Shown piece by piece: positions 44,516 to 55,300 of a stretch of DNA of 64,000 nt. The notes under the pieces are model-generated. The model was not told the origin of the DNA. It ran no database searches and was given only the letters and a program-made list of their open reading frames with translations. This DNA comes from Phycisphaerae bacterium (GTDB taxonomy: Bacteria; Planctomycetota; Phycisphaerae; UBA1845; Fen-1342), in the NCBI GenBank assembly GCA_028279405.1, contig JANQNU010000026.1:10985-74984 (forward strand). The letters run 5' to 3'. Both the position numbers and the translations under genes were made by a program. How positions within the stretch are numbered: position 1 is the first letter of the stretch; every line of letters begins with the position of its first letter.

Positions 44516-44540
44516 CTGAACGAGCCGGCACTTCTCGCAA

Positions 44541-45905
44541 ATGCCTCGAGGAAGGAAACTTGCCATGATGACGAAGAACGCCCTGACAGTGGTGGTGGTC
44601 GTGCTAGCCATCTGCGTTGCGCCGGCCCACGCGACCTGGTCGATCGTCGCGGCTGACACGCGAACGAAGGAAGTGGCCGTCGGGGCGGCGACCTGTCTCG
44701 TCGGGTTCGATTTGCGGGCCGGGCTGCCGGTGGTGCTGGTGGAGGTTGGCGGCGGGGCCTCGCAGGGTGCGATCGACCAGGTGGGCGTTCTGAGGGGCCG
44801 AATGCGCGAGCAATTGCTGCTCGGAACCGCGCCCGATGACATTATCCCGCGGCTACAGTTCCTGGATCCCTTCTTCGACCCGTTCCGGTTTCGGCGACAG
44901 TTCGGGATCGTGGATACGCAGGGCCGGGCGACCACTTTCTCCGGCGTTCAGCTGGGCCAGTTCTTCGGGGGCGTCACCGGCCAGATCGGTACGATCACCT
45001 ACGCAATCCAAGGGAACGTGATTACCGGAATGCCGGTCGTCGATGCCGCTGAGGCGGCGTTTCGAGATACCCCCGGCGACATACCTGCGAAACTCATGGC
45101 CGCGATGGAGGCCGCTCGGCAGCTCGGCGGGGACGGCCGCTGCTCATGCAGTCCGAACGACGCGGACGGGTGTGGAGCACCCCCGCCGAACTTTGCAAAG
45201 TCGGCACATATCGGCTTCATGATCGTTGCCCGACGTGGGGACACGGATGGCGACTGCACCGCCGGCGGATGCGCAACGGGTGACTATTTCATGAACTTCA
45301 ACATTGTCGCCGACGATGCCGCCGACCCTGACCCGGTTTTTCAGCTCCAGGAGTTGTTCGACACCTGGCGCGCGAGCCGCGTCGGTCTCTTCGACCAGAT
45401 CGCCTCTGCCGTGACGTTCCGCAAGCGGCTGCCACCGGCCGACGATTTCACCGATACGATGCAGATCGAGCTGCGCGACTGGCTCGGCGACGCGGCGAGT
45501 GACGTCGTCAGCGTGCGGGTCATCCATGACCCGCGCGGCAGCGATGGACGCACCCGGTTCACGGCGGCTGCGGATCTTGGCGACGGGGTCTATGAGGTAC
45601 AGGTCACCTCCTCCGACGAAGCTGGATTCGATACGCTGAATGTCGAGGTCACGACCGCTACCGAAACACGTATTGTTCTGCCGGTAACGGAGGTCATCGT
45701 CCAGCCGGTCGGCGATTTCAGCGGAGACGGCCGGGTAACGGTCGCCGACATCAACCCGTTTGTGCTCGCGCTCCAGGATCGGCCAGCGTACGAACTCCAA
45801 TATCCGGACGTGGTGCTCGATATCGTCGGTGATTTCAATGGCGACCAACAGCTGGGCGTTGGCGACATTTCCGGCTTCGTTGCCGCGCTGACGGGCACTC
45901 CGTAG
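44541..45905 (+). CDS. secreted DUF1028-like (Ntn-hydrolase fold) protein with dockerin-like C-terminus
   Basis: The signal peptide ends APAHA and is followed directly by TWSIVAADTRTKEVAVGAATC, which is DUF1028-like (compare the T-F-S-I-V-A N-termini of that family). C-terminal GDFSGDGRVTVADINPFVLAL...GDFNGDQQLGVGDISGFVAALTG. Confidence 0.7.
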   Translation: MPRGRKLAMMTKNALTVVVVVLAICVAPAHATWSIVAADTRTKEVAVGAATCLVGFDLRAGLPVVLVEVGGGASQGAIDQVGVLRGRMREQLLLGTAPDDIIPRLQFLDPFFDPFRFRRQFGIVDTQGRATTFSGVQLGQFFGGVTGQIGTITYAIQGNVITGMPVVDAAEAAFRDTPGDIPAKLMAAMEAARQLGGDGRCSCSPNDADGCGAPPPNFAKSAHIGFMIVARRGDTDGDCTAGGCATGDYFMNFNIVADDAADPDPVFQLQELFDTWRASRVGLFDQIASAVTFRKRLPPADDFTDTMQIELRDWLGDAASDVVSVRVIHDPRGSDGRTRFTAAADLGDGVYEVQVTSSDEAGFDTLNVEVTTATETRIVLPVTEVIVQPVGDFSGDGRVTVADINPFVLALQDRPAYELQYPDVVLDIVGDFNGDQQLGVGDISGFVAALTGTP

Positions 45906-46077
45906 TCCACCGGTCGTTCCCCCGGGGGGCGCGGTTGGAAGCGCCTTCCGCCGGCGCTCGAGATGTGGTAGCCGTCCGCGGGCGGAGCCTAAGGGCATCT
46001 GCGCGACTTGTTCACGCGAGCCGCATGCCCTACCCTCATCACCTCGGGATCGTCGAACGCAACACGGGTGGATCGTC

Positions 46078-47055
46078 ATGCGCGTCCTATCGGGCATTCA
46101 GCCTTCGGGCACACTGCATCTGGGCAACTACTTCGGTGCGATCAAGCAGCACATCGAGCTGCAGCACGCGCATGAAGGCTTCTACTTCATCGCCAACTAC
46201 CACACGCTGACGACCGTGCATGACGCCGAACGGCTTCGCACGCTGACGCGTGATGTCGCGCTGGATTACCTGGCGCTGGGGCTCGATCCGCAGAAGGCAA
46301 CGCTCTTTCGGCAAAGCGACGTGCCGGAGGTGACCGAACTCGCCTGGATTCTGGCGACCGTGACCGGAAAGGGCCTGCTCGACCGTGCTACTTCCTACAA
46401 GGACAAGATCGCGCGCGGCATTCTGCCGTCGACCGGACTGTATACGTATCCGCTCCTGATGGCGGCGGACATTCTGATCTATCGCAGCGACCTGGTGCCG
46501 GTGGGCAAGGACCAGTTACAGCACATCGAGATGACACAGGATATGGCGGCCTCCTTCAACGCGGCCTTCGGCGACGTGCTCAAGCGGCCCGAGCCACGGC
46601 TCAACGAGGCGGCGATCGTGCCGGGGCTCGATGGTCAGAAGATGAGCAAGAGCTACGGCAATACCATCGATATCTTCGGTGACGCGAAAGCCATGAAGAA
46701 ACGCATCATGTCGATCCAGACCGACAGCACACCCGTCGAGGACCCGAAGGATCCTGAGACGTGCAATGTGTTTGCGCTGCTTCGATTGATGGCGCCGGCG
46801 GAGGAGTTGAAGGAATGGGAACAGCGCTATCGTCAGGGTGGTATGGGTTACGGTGAAGCGAAGAAACGCCTCGTCGAGCTGTATGAGGCGTTTTTTGGCG
46901 CTCGGCGCGACGACCGCGCCCGCTGGGCCGCGCGGCCGGACGACGTGGAGGATCTGCTGGCCGTCGGTGGCCGCAAGGCGCGCGACATTGCTCAAGAGGT
47001 GATGGAGGACGTACGCAATGCGTCCGGGATCGTGACCCGAGCGACGGTTCGTTAA
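46078..47055 (+). CDS. trpS: tryptophan--tRNA ligase
   Basis: SGIQPSGTLHLGNYFG (HIGH-type motif), GKDQLQHIE, KMSKS. Confidence 0.95.
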   Translation: MRVLSGIQPSGTLHLGNYFGAIKQHIELQHAHEGFYFIANYHTLTTVHDAERLRTLTRDVALDYLALGLDPQKATLFRQSDVPEVTELAWILATVTGKGLLDRATSYKDKIARGILPSTGLYTYPLLMAADILIYRSDLVPVGKDQLQHIEMTQDMAASFNAAFGDVLKRPEPRLNEAAIVPGLDGQKMSKSYGNTIDIFGDAKAMKKRIMSIQTDSTPVEDPKDPETCNVFALLRLMAPAEELKEWEQRYRQGGMGYGEAKKRLVELYEAFFGARRDDRARWAARPDDVEDLLAVGGRKARDIAQEVMEDVRNASGIVTRATVR

Positions 47056-47079
47056 CGCCGGTGGGTTGGAGATGAACGA

Positions 47080-47970
47080 ATGAGCGAACCCTATCGCGTA
47101 CAGCTCGACGTTTTCAGCGGGCCGTTGGACCTGCTGCTCTATCTGATTCGGAGGGACGAGGTCGATATCCATGACATCTCGGTGGCACGGGTCGCGGACC
47201 AGTACATCGAGTACATGCGGCTGCTCGAAACCGTCGATCCGAACACGGCAGGCGAATTCCTGGTGATGGCGTCCTCGCTGGCGGAGATCAAATCACGGGC
47301 GCTGCTGCCGTCGGCTCCGCTCGAGCTTGGCGATGACGAAGACGATCCCCGCACGGCCCTGGTTCGGAAACTGCTCGAGTACAAGCGCTTCAAGGACGCC
47401 GCACGGGCATTGGGCAGCGCCGCCGACGAGCGGGCCAAACGGTACGTCCGGCGTCCTGGCACGTTGCCGCCGGGGTTGCGCGGCGTCGAGCTCGAGGAGG
47501 TCGAGGTCTGGGACTTGCTGCGCGCGTTCGGCAACGTGATGAGCGCGATCGGTGCCGGTCCTCGGCGTCACGAGGTGACCTACGACGATACGCCGATCGA
47601 GGTGGTCGAGGACGAGATCGTGGCGATTCTCGAGCAGGAAGGGCCGACGAAGTTTCGCGATCTGTTCGACGATCGCTGGGAAAAGCCGCAGATCATTACG
47701 CGCTTCCTCGCACTACTGGAGCTGGTCCGTGTGAAGCGCGTTCGGGCGGAGCAGGAGCAACTCTTCGGCGAGATCTACCTGTTCGCGATGCAGGAACTCG
47801 AAGAAGGCATGGAAGAGGACGAATTCGAGGAGGAGAGCGGGATGGCTGTGGCCGAACCGTTGGTGCCTGAGGCGGCAGAATCCGGGCCGCACGAGCCCGG
47901 CGCGAACGGCACGGTCCGGCACTCCGACGCACACCGCTATTCGGAGCCGAGCGATGGCCACGCCGAGTGA
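47080..47970 (+). CDS. scpA: segregation and condensation protein A (kleisin)
   Basis: FSGPLDLLLYLIRRDEVDIHDISVARVADQYIEYM, plus the typical position directly after trpS. Acidic C-terminal extension. Confidence 0.85.
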   Translation: MSEPYRVQLDVFSGPLDLLLYLIRRDEVDIHDISVARVADQYIEYMRLLETVDPNTAGEFLVMASSLAEIKSRALLPSAPLELGDDEDDPRTALVRKLLEYKRFKDAARALGSAADERAKRYVRRPGTLPPGLRGVELEEVEVWDLLRAFGNVMSAIGAGPRRHEVTYDDTPIEVVEDEIVAILEQEGPTKFRDLFDDRWEKPQIITRFLALLELVRVKRVRAEQEQLFGEIYLFAMQELEEGMEEDEFEEESGMAVAEPLVPEAAESGPHEPGANGTVRHSDAHRYSEPSDGHAE

Positions 47971-48418
47971 ACGATTGCACGAAATGGGAATCACGTTGCC
48001 CGCCGCCCCGCGGCCGGTCGCGTCCTATGTCCCTGCTGCGCGACATGGCGATCTGCTGCTGTTGAGTGGACAGATCGCTGTCGAAAACGGGAACGTGAAG
48101 TACGCCGGCCTCGTCGGACGTGAGCGGACACTTGAAGAAGCGCTGCAGGCGACACGTCTCTGCACGTTGAATGCGATCGCGGTCGCGGCCGACGCCGCCG
48201 ACGGGATCGACCGAATCGCCAGGGTACTCAAGCTGGTCGTCTATGTCGCCTCGGCGGACGGTTTTACGGATCAGCACAAGGTTGCCAATGGTGCGAGTGA
48301 CCTGCTTGTCGATGTCTTTGGCGACGCCGGGCGACACGCGCGGGCCGCGGTCGGCGTGCCGGGATTGCCGCTCGACAGCACCGTCGAGGTCGACCTGACG
48401 TTCACGCTGAAACCTTAG
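47954..48418 (+). CDS. RidA/YjgF-family protein
   Basis: 154 aa. LLLLSGQIA, GIDRIARVLKLVVYV, ARAAVGVPGLPLDSTVEVD. It overlaps the scpA 3' end by 17 nt. Confidence 0.8.
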   Translation: MATPSERLHEMGITLPAAPRPVASYVPAARHGDLLLLSGQIAVENGNVKYAGLVGRERTLEEALQATRLCTLNAIAVAADAADGIDRIARVLKLVVYVASADGFTDQHKVANGASDLLVDVFGDAGRHARAAVGVPGLPLDSTVEVDLTFTLKP

Positions 48419-48426
48419 ACCGGAGC

Positions 48427-49320
48427 GTGTCCGCCATCATGCAACACATCCTTGGCATCGACATCGGCGGCGGGCACGTAGGCGTCGGCGTGGTGAGCGC
48501 GGATGGCGATCTGCGGTCACTGGTCGACGCGCGCATTCCGGAGCGCGGGGCACCGGAAGCACTCGCGGAAGTCGTTCGCACCGGAGCGCAGTCCGCGATT
48601 GACCAAGCCGGCGTGCAACCCGAACGTTTCGGCGTAGCGTTGCCCGGCGTATGGGACCGGACCACGGCCGTGATGAAGCGGGCGGTCAATCTGCCGCTTC
48701 TCGAGGGCACCGATCTGCGGGCCCTGTTCACTGGGGCGCTGGGCGCCACGCCGCACTTGGACGCCGACGTGAACGCCGCGGGCTGGGCGCAGTGGCGCGC
48801 GATCGAGCCGACACCGACGCGGTTCCTCTACCTGTCGCTCGGCACGGGTGTGGGTGGGTGTGTCGTGCTGGACGGTCAACTGATCAAGCACACACGCGGC
48901 GGGGCCGGGCACTTCGGATTCCTGATCGTCGACACCGCGCCGGACGCGCCCGCGGGCCGCAACGAAGTCCCCGGCTGCCTTTCGGCGTTCGCGAGCGGGC
49001 CATCGCTTCAGGCGCTCGCGAGCGGTAGCGAGGATCCGCTCGAAAGCTACGTTCCGCTCACCGACGATGTGCTCGATGTCGCGTCCCAAGCGCTGGCGAT
49101 CGGCTTGCTGCAGATCATTCACATCTATGCCCCCAACCAGATCGTGCTCGGCGGCGGCGTGATCGACCATCATGCGGAACTGGTCACGCGAACGCGCGAT
49201 GAGCTGATGCGCCGCAAGACGAGCCTAGTCCCGGAAGCGCTACGGCTCGATCAAGGCAAGCTACCGACCAAGACCGCAGGGGTGATCGGTGCGGCGCTAC
49301 TCGCGCGCGACGCGCATTAG
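48427..49320 (+). CDS. ROK-family sugar kinase-like protein
   Basis: ILGIDIGGGHVGVGVV, DVNAAGWAQW, LGTGVGGCVVLDG, GGAGHFG. The usual CxCGxxGC zinc motif is not evident (only ...EVPGCLSAF). Confidence 0.75.
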   Translation: MSAIMQHILGIDIGGGHVGVGVVSADGDLRSLVDARIPERGAPEALAEVVRTGAQSAIDQAGVQPERFGVALPGVWDRTTAVMKRAVNLPLLEGTDLRALFTGALGATPHLDADVNAAGWAQWRAIEPTPTRFLYLSLGTGVGGCVVLDGQLIKHTRGGAGHFGFLIVDTAPDAPAGRNEVPGCLSAFASGPSLQALASGSEDPLESYVPLTDDVLDVASQALAIGLLQIIHIYAPNQIVLGGGVIDHHAELVTRTRDELMRRKTSLVPEALRLDQGKLPTKTAGVIGAALLARDAH

Positions 49321-52238
49321 CGGTCGACGTCGATTCCCGCCGCACGCAACGTTTCGAGTGCGTCGTGGACCTGCCGGGTCTTGGGGTTATCTTCGCCGAG
49401 CGTGCGCGTCAGCCCGTCCAGCGCCGCGTGCAAGTGGGGCAACGCTTCCGCTACCGCATCGGCCGATGCCAAGGAGCGACCGAGCGAGCCCCGCAACTCC
49501 CAGCGAAACCAATGGTCAGGCGGCGCAGCATCATCCACGATCGGAATGATCGCTTTCAGAATCTCGATCGCGGCTTGGTAGGTACCGCGCTTCATATTCA
49601 GCACCGCCAGGTTGTATCGCTGCTGCAGTGCCTGGATGCTGCTCGCACCGTACATGCGCGTATTGGCCGCCACGGTTTGCTCGACGATCGAAATGGCTTC
49701 ATCGATCCGGCCCTCCTGCATGAGCACGCCGGCGTAGGAACCGCGGATGTTGAGCGTGCGGACGTCGTCCTCGCCGTAGAGCCGCTCGGCGAGCGGGACC
49801 AGCTGCGTAAACGTCGCGTGCGCGGCCGATAGCTTGGATTGCAGCCGCTGTGCGATGGCCAAACGATGCAGTGCTTTGGCCGTGGTTCCATGGTCCGGGC
49901 CGAGGGCCTCGCGGGCGGCCTCGACCGCCTCAGTCGCCAGCGTTTCCGCAGCAGCGTAGTCTCCGATAGTAGAGAGCACCGTGCACAGGTTGATTTTGGC
50001 TTCGACGGTGCGCCAATGCGCCGCGCCATACACCTCGGTGTACAGTGCGATCTGCTCACGATGCGCCTCCTTGGACCGGTCTAGCTCGCCGGCCTTTTCG
50101 AGTGCCTGGGCAAGGTGCTTGAGCATAATGAGCCGTGTCGGATGTCGATGCCCGTACTGATCCTGAAAGAGCGAATCGAGGTACTCGAACATCTCGACGG
50201 CCTCGTCGAAATGTCCCGCGCGCATGAGCGTCAACCCCAATCCGCCGCGGATCTCGTTGGCCAGATCACAGTCCGCGCCGTGATGTGCGATCACGTCCGC
50301 CAGAACGGCGCGGGTCTCGGCCGCCGCATGATGTAAATCGCCTTGCTGAAACTTCGTTCCCACGATCTGGTAGCGGGCCTTGAGCGAACGCTTGTGGAAC
50401 GGGCCGTACGCCTCGACGCTTCGTTCCAGCAACTCGGTGTAGATTTCGCGCGCTTCGTCGAAACGGTGCTGGTCGTCACGGAGCGCGCCCAGCGACGAGA
50501 GGATCTCGAGCAAGTCCCCTTCTTCGACGCCCTCTTGCTCGTAGAGTGCATGTCCGGCCAGCAGGTGCTTCTCCGCCTTATCGAAGTCCGCGAGATCGCG
50601 GTACACCCGCCCGATCACGACGTGCAGATCCGCCAGCACGATCGGATAGTCCCGCAAGTCGTCGAGCCGCACCTCGGCATCCTCCAGGACGGCGCGCAGC
50701 ACGGTGACATCGCCGCCGGCCGCGACGTGCGGGCTGGCGCGCTCGAGCATCTCCACGAGAAAGGTGCGGACGGCCAGCGCGTGCTCGGCCTCGGCCTGGG
50801 CGTTCCGTTGCGCCGTGATTGCCTGTTCACGTCGCGTTTCGGCCAGCGCCAGCGCTTGCTCGGCTTCGTCGCGGCGCTCATCCGCAAGCTGCAGCGCCGC
50901 CTGCGTATCGGACAACCGCGACGCGGCGAGCGATTCGGCCCGGGTGGCCCGCAATGCAAGTGCCGTACTGGTGACGGCGAAGACAACGAGCACCGCGAAT
51001 ACGGTGGCAACACTCGCAACCAGCGCCCGATTGCGCTTCGCGAACTTGCGCACCTGGTACCACGAGCTCGGCGGTCGGGCCGTGATCGGCTCGTCGTGCA
51101 AGTATCGCCGGAGGTCGGCCGCGAGTTCCGCCGCCGAGGCATAGCGGCGCTCGGGCTCCTTCTCCAGCGCCTTGTTGACGATCGTCTCGAGATCGCCGCG
51201 GAGCGTTCGGTTCACCGAACTCATCGGCGATGGGTCGTCCTCGTGGATGATCCGTGCTGCTTCCGCCACGCTCCGCTCCGTGACGTCGAACGGTAACCGA
51301 CCCGAGAACAGTTCGTACGCGATGCACCCGAGCGCGAACACGTCGGAGCGGATGTCGACCTCATCGGAACGGCCCGCGATTTGCTCCGGGCTCATGTAGG
51401 GGATCGTTCCGATAATCTGACCGGCACCGGTATGGAGCGTCGTGGCCTGAAGGTCCGGATCCACGGCACGGGCGACGCCGAAGTCGAGCACCTTTGGTGT
51501 GCCTTCCGGTGTGATCAGTATGTTTGCCGGCTTCAGGTCGCGATGAATCACGCCCTTCTGGTGGGCATGATGAATGGCGTCGCATATGGTCGCGAGCAGT
51601 GCCACGCGCTTCTCGGTCGGCAAGGCGTCTTGTCGGACGTGGGCGTTCAGGGGTACGCCGTCCACGAATTCCATCGCGAAGAAGGGTTGCTCGATCAACT
51701 CGCCGGCAGGGCCCCGCTGTGGGGCCGTTCCGACCGAAAAGATCTGGGCGATACTCGGATGATGCAGCCGACCAAGAACGTCGGCCTCCAATGCGAAGCG
51801 TCGTAGCAGCTCGGTCGTGCCGAGCGGGTTGCGCATGACCTTCAATGCAACGGTTCGTTGCGGGCGCTGCTGTTCGGCAAGGTAGACGACGCCCATACCG
51901 CCACGACCGAGTACGCGGCGGATAGTGAACTCTCCGATCCGTTGCGGCACGATGGCGTCCGGCCCGGGCAGTGTTACCCGCGAATCATCCACAGGTGCTG
52001 TTTGATCCAATGGCGTCGATGACTGCGGACCGATAGCCGCGCGTACGCCTTCATTGAGAATCGGTCGGTCGAGAAAACTCTCGGGAGCGCGGTCGTGGCC
52101 CAGCAGCGACTCGACTTCATGGCGCAGCGCGGGGTTGCTGCCGCAGGCGTTGTCGAGGTATGCGGCACGGTCGGCCAGCGGCCGGCGACGGGCGGCGTCG
52201 AAGATACGATGGACGTTTGCGTACTCTTCCGGAGACAT
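49317..52238 (-). CDS. Ser/Thr protein kinase with TM helix, coiled-coil segment and TPR array
   Basis: 973 aa. GRGGMGVVYLA, VALKVM, HRDLKPANI, DFGVA, TIPYMSPE. TM ALVASVATVFAVLVVFAVTSTAL. TPR-like units to the C-terminus. Same architecture as 1814-4843. Confidence 0.9.
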   Translation of the reverse strand: MSPEEYANVHRIFDAARRRPLADRAAYLDNACGSNPALRHEVESLLGHDRAPESFLDRPILNEGVRAAIGPQSSTPLDQTAPVDDSRVTLPGPDAIVPQRIGEFTIRRVLGRGGMGVVYLAEQQRPQRTVALKVMRNPLGTTELLRRFALEADVLGRLHHPSIAQIFSVGTAPQRGPAGELIEQPFFAMEFVDGVPLNAHVRQDALPTEKRVALLATICDAIHHAHQKGVIHRDLKPANILITPEGTPKVLDFGVARAVDPDLQATTLHTGAGQIIGTIPYMSPEQIAGRSDEVDIRSDVFALGCIAYELFSGRLPFDVTERSVAEAARIIHEDDPSPMSSVNRTLRGDLETIVNKALEKEPERRYASAAELAADLRRYLHDEPITARPPSSWYQVRKFAKRNRALVASVATVFAVLVVFAVTSTALALRATRAESLAASRLSDTQAALQLADERRDEAEQALALAETRREQAITAQRNAQAEAEHALAVRTFLVEMLERASPHVAAGGDVTVLRAVLEDAEVRLDDLRDYPIVLADLHVVIGRVYRDLADFDKAEKHLLAGHALYEQEGVEEGDLLEILSSLGALRDDQHRFDEAREIYTELLERSVEAYGPFHKRSLKARYQIVGTKFQQGDLHHAAAETRAVLADVIAHHGADCDLANEIRGGLGLTLMRAGHFDEAVEMFEYLDSLFQDQYGHRHPTRLIMLKHLAQALEKAGELDRSKEAHREQIALYTEVYGAAHWRTVEAKINLCTVLSTIGDYAAAETLATEAVEAAREALGPDHGTTAKALHRLAIAQRLQSKLSAAHATFTQLVPLAERLYGEDDVRTLNIRGSYAGVLMQEGRIDEAISIVEQTVAANTRMYGASSIQALQQRYNLAVLNMKRGTYQAAIEILKAIIPIVDDAAPPDHWFRWELRGSLGRSLASADAVAEALPHLHAALDGLTRTLGEDNPKTRQVHDALETLRAAGIDVDR

Positions 52239-52359
52239 GCCGTTCTCGGGGCGTAGGTTCGGACCACGGCGCGACCGGGGCTACCTGGCAATCAGTGTAG
52301 CATACGGGGACGGATCCGCCGTTCAGATTCTGCGGCGCGCCGCGGCTGAAGCCGCAGTC

Positions 52360-55300
52360 CTATGGCAGCGGCAACGAGCCGGTGTAGGCGCGCTGCATCG
52401 CATGCATATCCTGTAGGTCGACGTCGTTATCGTCGTCGTCGTCAAAGTCGAGGCACAACGTGCCGTCCGGGAACGTGAACTCGTCTCCACGAAAACAGAA
52501 CGCCCAGGTACGTACATCGTCGAAGTCGACGTCGCCGTCACTATCGGAATCGAAGTCGAGGGGCCCGGTCGCGGTCTCGAGGAATTCGATGACGCGTTGC
52601 ATGACGTCAGCGCGGACACCGGCATCGGAGATGGCCTCGAAGGGGAATCCGAACGTGACCGCGTTGTAGACCTTGCCGCTGAACTGCACGCCGGCAACGC
52701 CGCCGGCTCCGCCGACATAGTTGAGGAGTGGCTGCGCGTCGGTGCTCTCGCCGATCCGATCGGCATTTCGGACTTCGTAGACGGCGCCGTTGTCCGGATC
52801 GAAATCGAAGGGCGGCAGGTCGGCCAGGAACCCTCCGGGCGCCGGCGCCACGTCGAACGTGTCCGCTTCGTCGGCCACGAAGTTGATCCGCAACGTCTGG
52901 TTGGCGAAGGTGACGCCGGTCCCGTTGCCGAGCAGATCGAAACCGATATCGGCGCCCGAGACGAAGAGCGCGCCGCCTGCCTGGAGATAGTCGTCGACGC
53001 GTGTCTGTTCCGTGCTGGAGAATGTCGCATCCTCGGTGCTTTCGGTACCGAGAACCCAGACCACCATCGGGAAATCGCCCAACGCGACGACCCCGCCTTC
53101 CACCGCCTCGTTTGATGCGCTCATGAAGCCCACGTCGTTGGCCGCCAGCGCGTCGGCATACTGCACGATGTAATCGTACGAGTTGCTGCTGCGCCATTTT
53201 TGACGTTCGATGCTCTGGCCGGCCACTGAAGGTGGTTGCGTAAAGGTCATGATCTCGTTGATCTGCCGGCGCAACCGGTCGAACCCGTTGACGACCAGCA
53301 GCGCCGCGGTGCCCGTCGCGGGCCGTCGGACCGCGAGCACTTCGGTCGGCATCGACTCTCCGCCGGCATTCGTGGCGGCGACGCGATAGTAGCGCGTTTC
53401 GCCGGTCGGCACGCCATTGAGCGTCGTCGTGGTCACGTTACCGAGAACAATCGGATCGCCGAAGCCGTAGCCGTTGGACGACTGATACACGACGTAGCCG
53501 GTGGCCGGGTCACCCCGGGCTGCGTCCGCCAGCGGCGCTTCCCAACTGAGTCGCACGTCCCCGCCGCCCAGATCTTCGACGCGCAGCCCGCGGGGGGTGT
53601 CGGGCGCGAACAGCAGGTCGACCTGGCTTCCCGGCAGCGTGTTCAAGAAGCGGATGATCCCGTGCGTACACGCGCGGGCCATCGCCTGTCGGACGCGGGC
53701 ATCACGGAGCAATTCGGCGTCATCCTCCTGGTCATGGAAGGCCAGTTCGACGATCGTCGCATCGAACTCGTTACTGTTGTTCCCGGTGCTGATGGCGCCG
53801 AAGCCGCTGGTTAACGTGGGCAATGCGCGGTCGACCCAGTTGTGCTCGAATTCATCCTGGAGCAACAGCAGGTCGGCATCGATCTCGTCGGCGAGGATCG
53901 TCGCATAGCTGGACTGATTCGTTGTAGCGCCGGTGTTGGTGATGAGACAGAGCTGGCCTCGGGCGTTGCCGGCGGCATTCGTATGAAACTCGAGGTGGAT
54001 GCGCTTCCAGCGGTCGACCAGCACGCCGCCAGCCGGCACCTGGTTCATCTCGCGCGCCCAACGGGCGGCGGCACCGACATTGTCGCTGTTGTCGTTGAAG
54101 CCGACCAAGTCCCAGATCCCCGAGTCGAAGCCGGCTGCGTTGTTGCCCAGCTCGCTCTCGGCGAAGTATCGCTGCCCTTCTTCGTCTCGAGGAAAGCCGC
54201 TGACGTCGCCGGGTCCGGGGCGGACGACGTCGCCGATTCCGCCGCCAAAACGGATTCCGTCCGCGACGACCACACCGCCGATCGGCGACGCGTTGCTGAT
54301 CTCCACGTAGTTGTCGCCGCCGGCCTCGAAATAGTACTCGCCGAGCCAGACCCAGCCGTTGCCAACCTCGCGATGGTCGACGACGACCTCCGAGATGCCC
54401 CCACTGTGGCTGATACGGTAGGTTTGCGGCACGCGGTTCGTACTCGCGATCGTGAAGCAGTACACGGGGTAGAAGTCGGTGGTGGGGATGGCGGCCGTGT
54501 AGCGCGCCGTAGCGGTCTCTGTCGGGTTTGTCGACGCGAACCGGTACGCGACCCCTGAGTTGGTGACGCCGTTCTCGTAGCGTTTGGTGTTGCCGCTGTC
54601 ACCCCAGGCTCCGCTATAGCTGACCTGCGGGTCGTCCTGATCGATGGTGATCTCGATCGGCTGCCATCCGACGGGGCGGAAGGGGACCACGGTCGCGCCC
54701 GCATTGAACAGGAAATGAACGAAGTAGTTCATCATGTCGATGTTGCCGTAGTCCTCGTTCATGCCGAGCAGCAGCGGCCGCTGCAGGAACCACGACGACG
54801 TGCCGGCCGTCCAGCCGTGCCCGCCGGACACGTAGACGGTGACGCCGCTGAGCGGACCCTGCGGCTGGCGCCCGTGTGTCGTCGGTCCGCCGATGCTGTT
54901 CGTCACGCGCGGCGGATGCGTGACCATCCGCGCGGGATCCACAACGTCGACCGGCTCCGACGCCGACCCGGTTGGCGGCGCCGTCTCCATGAACGTCGAC
55001 CAGTTGCGATAGTCTCCCGTCACGCCTTCGCGAACCTCGACGGTAATCCCGGCAAAGTCGTCCCGCCCGCGCCAGGGGTACATCAACAGTGTCCCCAGAC
55101 TCTCCAGATCCACCGGCGACGGCTGCCACGTATGCTGCTCGGGCAGCGTGAGCCGCAGTTGCAACAATTGGTCCCGCCAGATCGCCGAATCCACCGTCAT
55201 CTCGGCGGGCAACAGTGGCCGATGCGACTCGGACAGCAACGTACTGCCATGCTCCACCATCTCCTCAATCGTCGCGCGCGTGTCCGGGACCGGCACCCGC

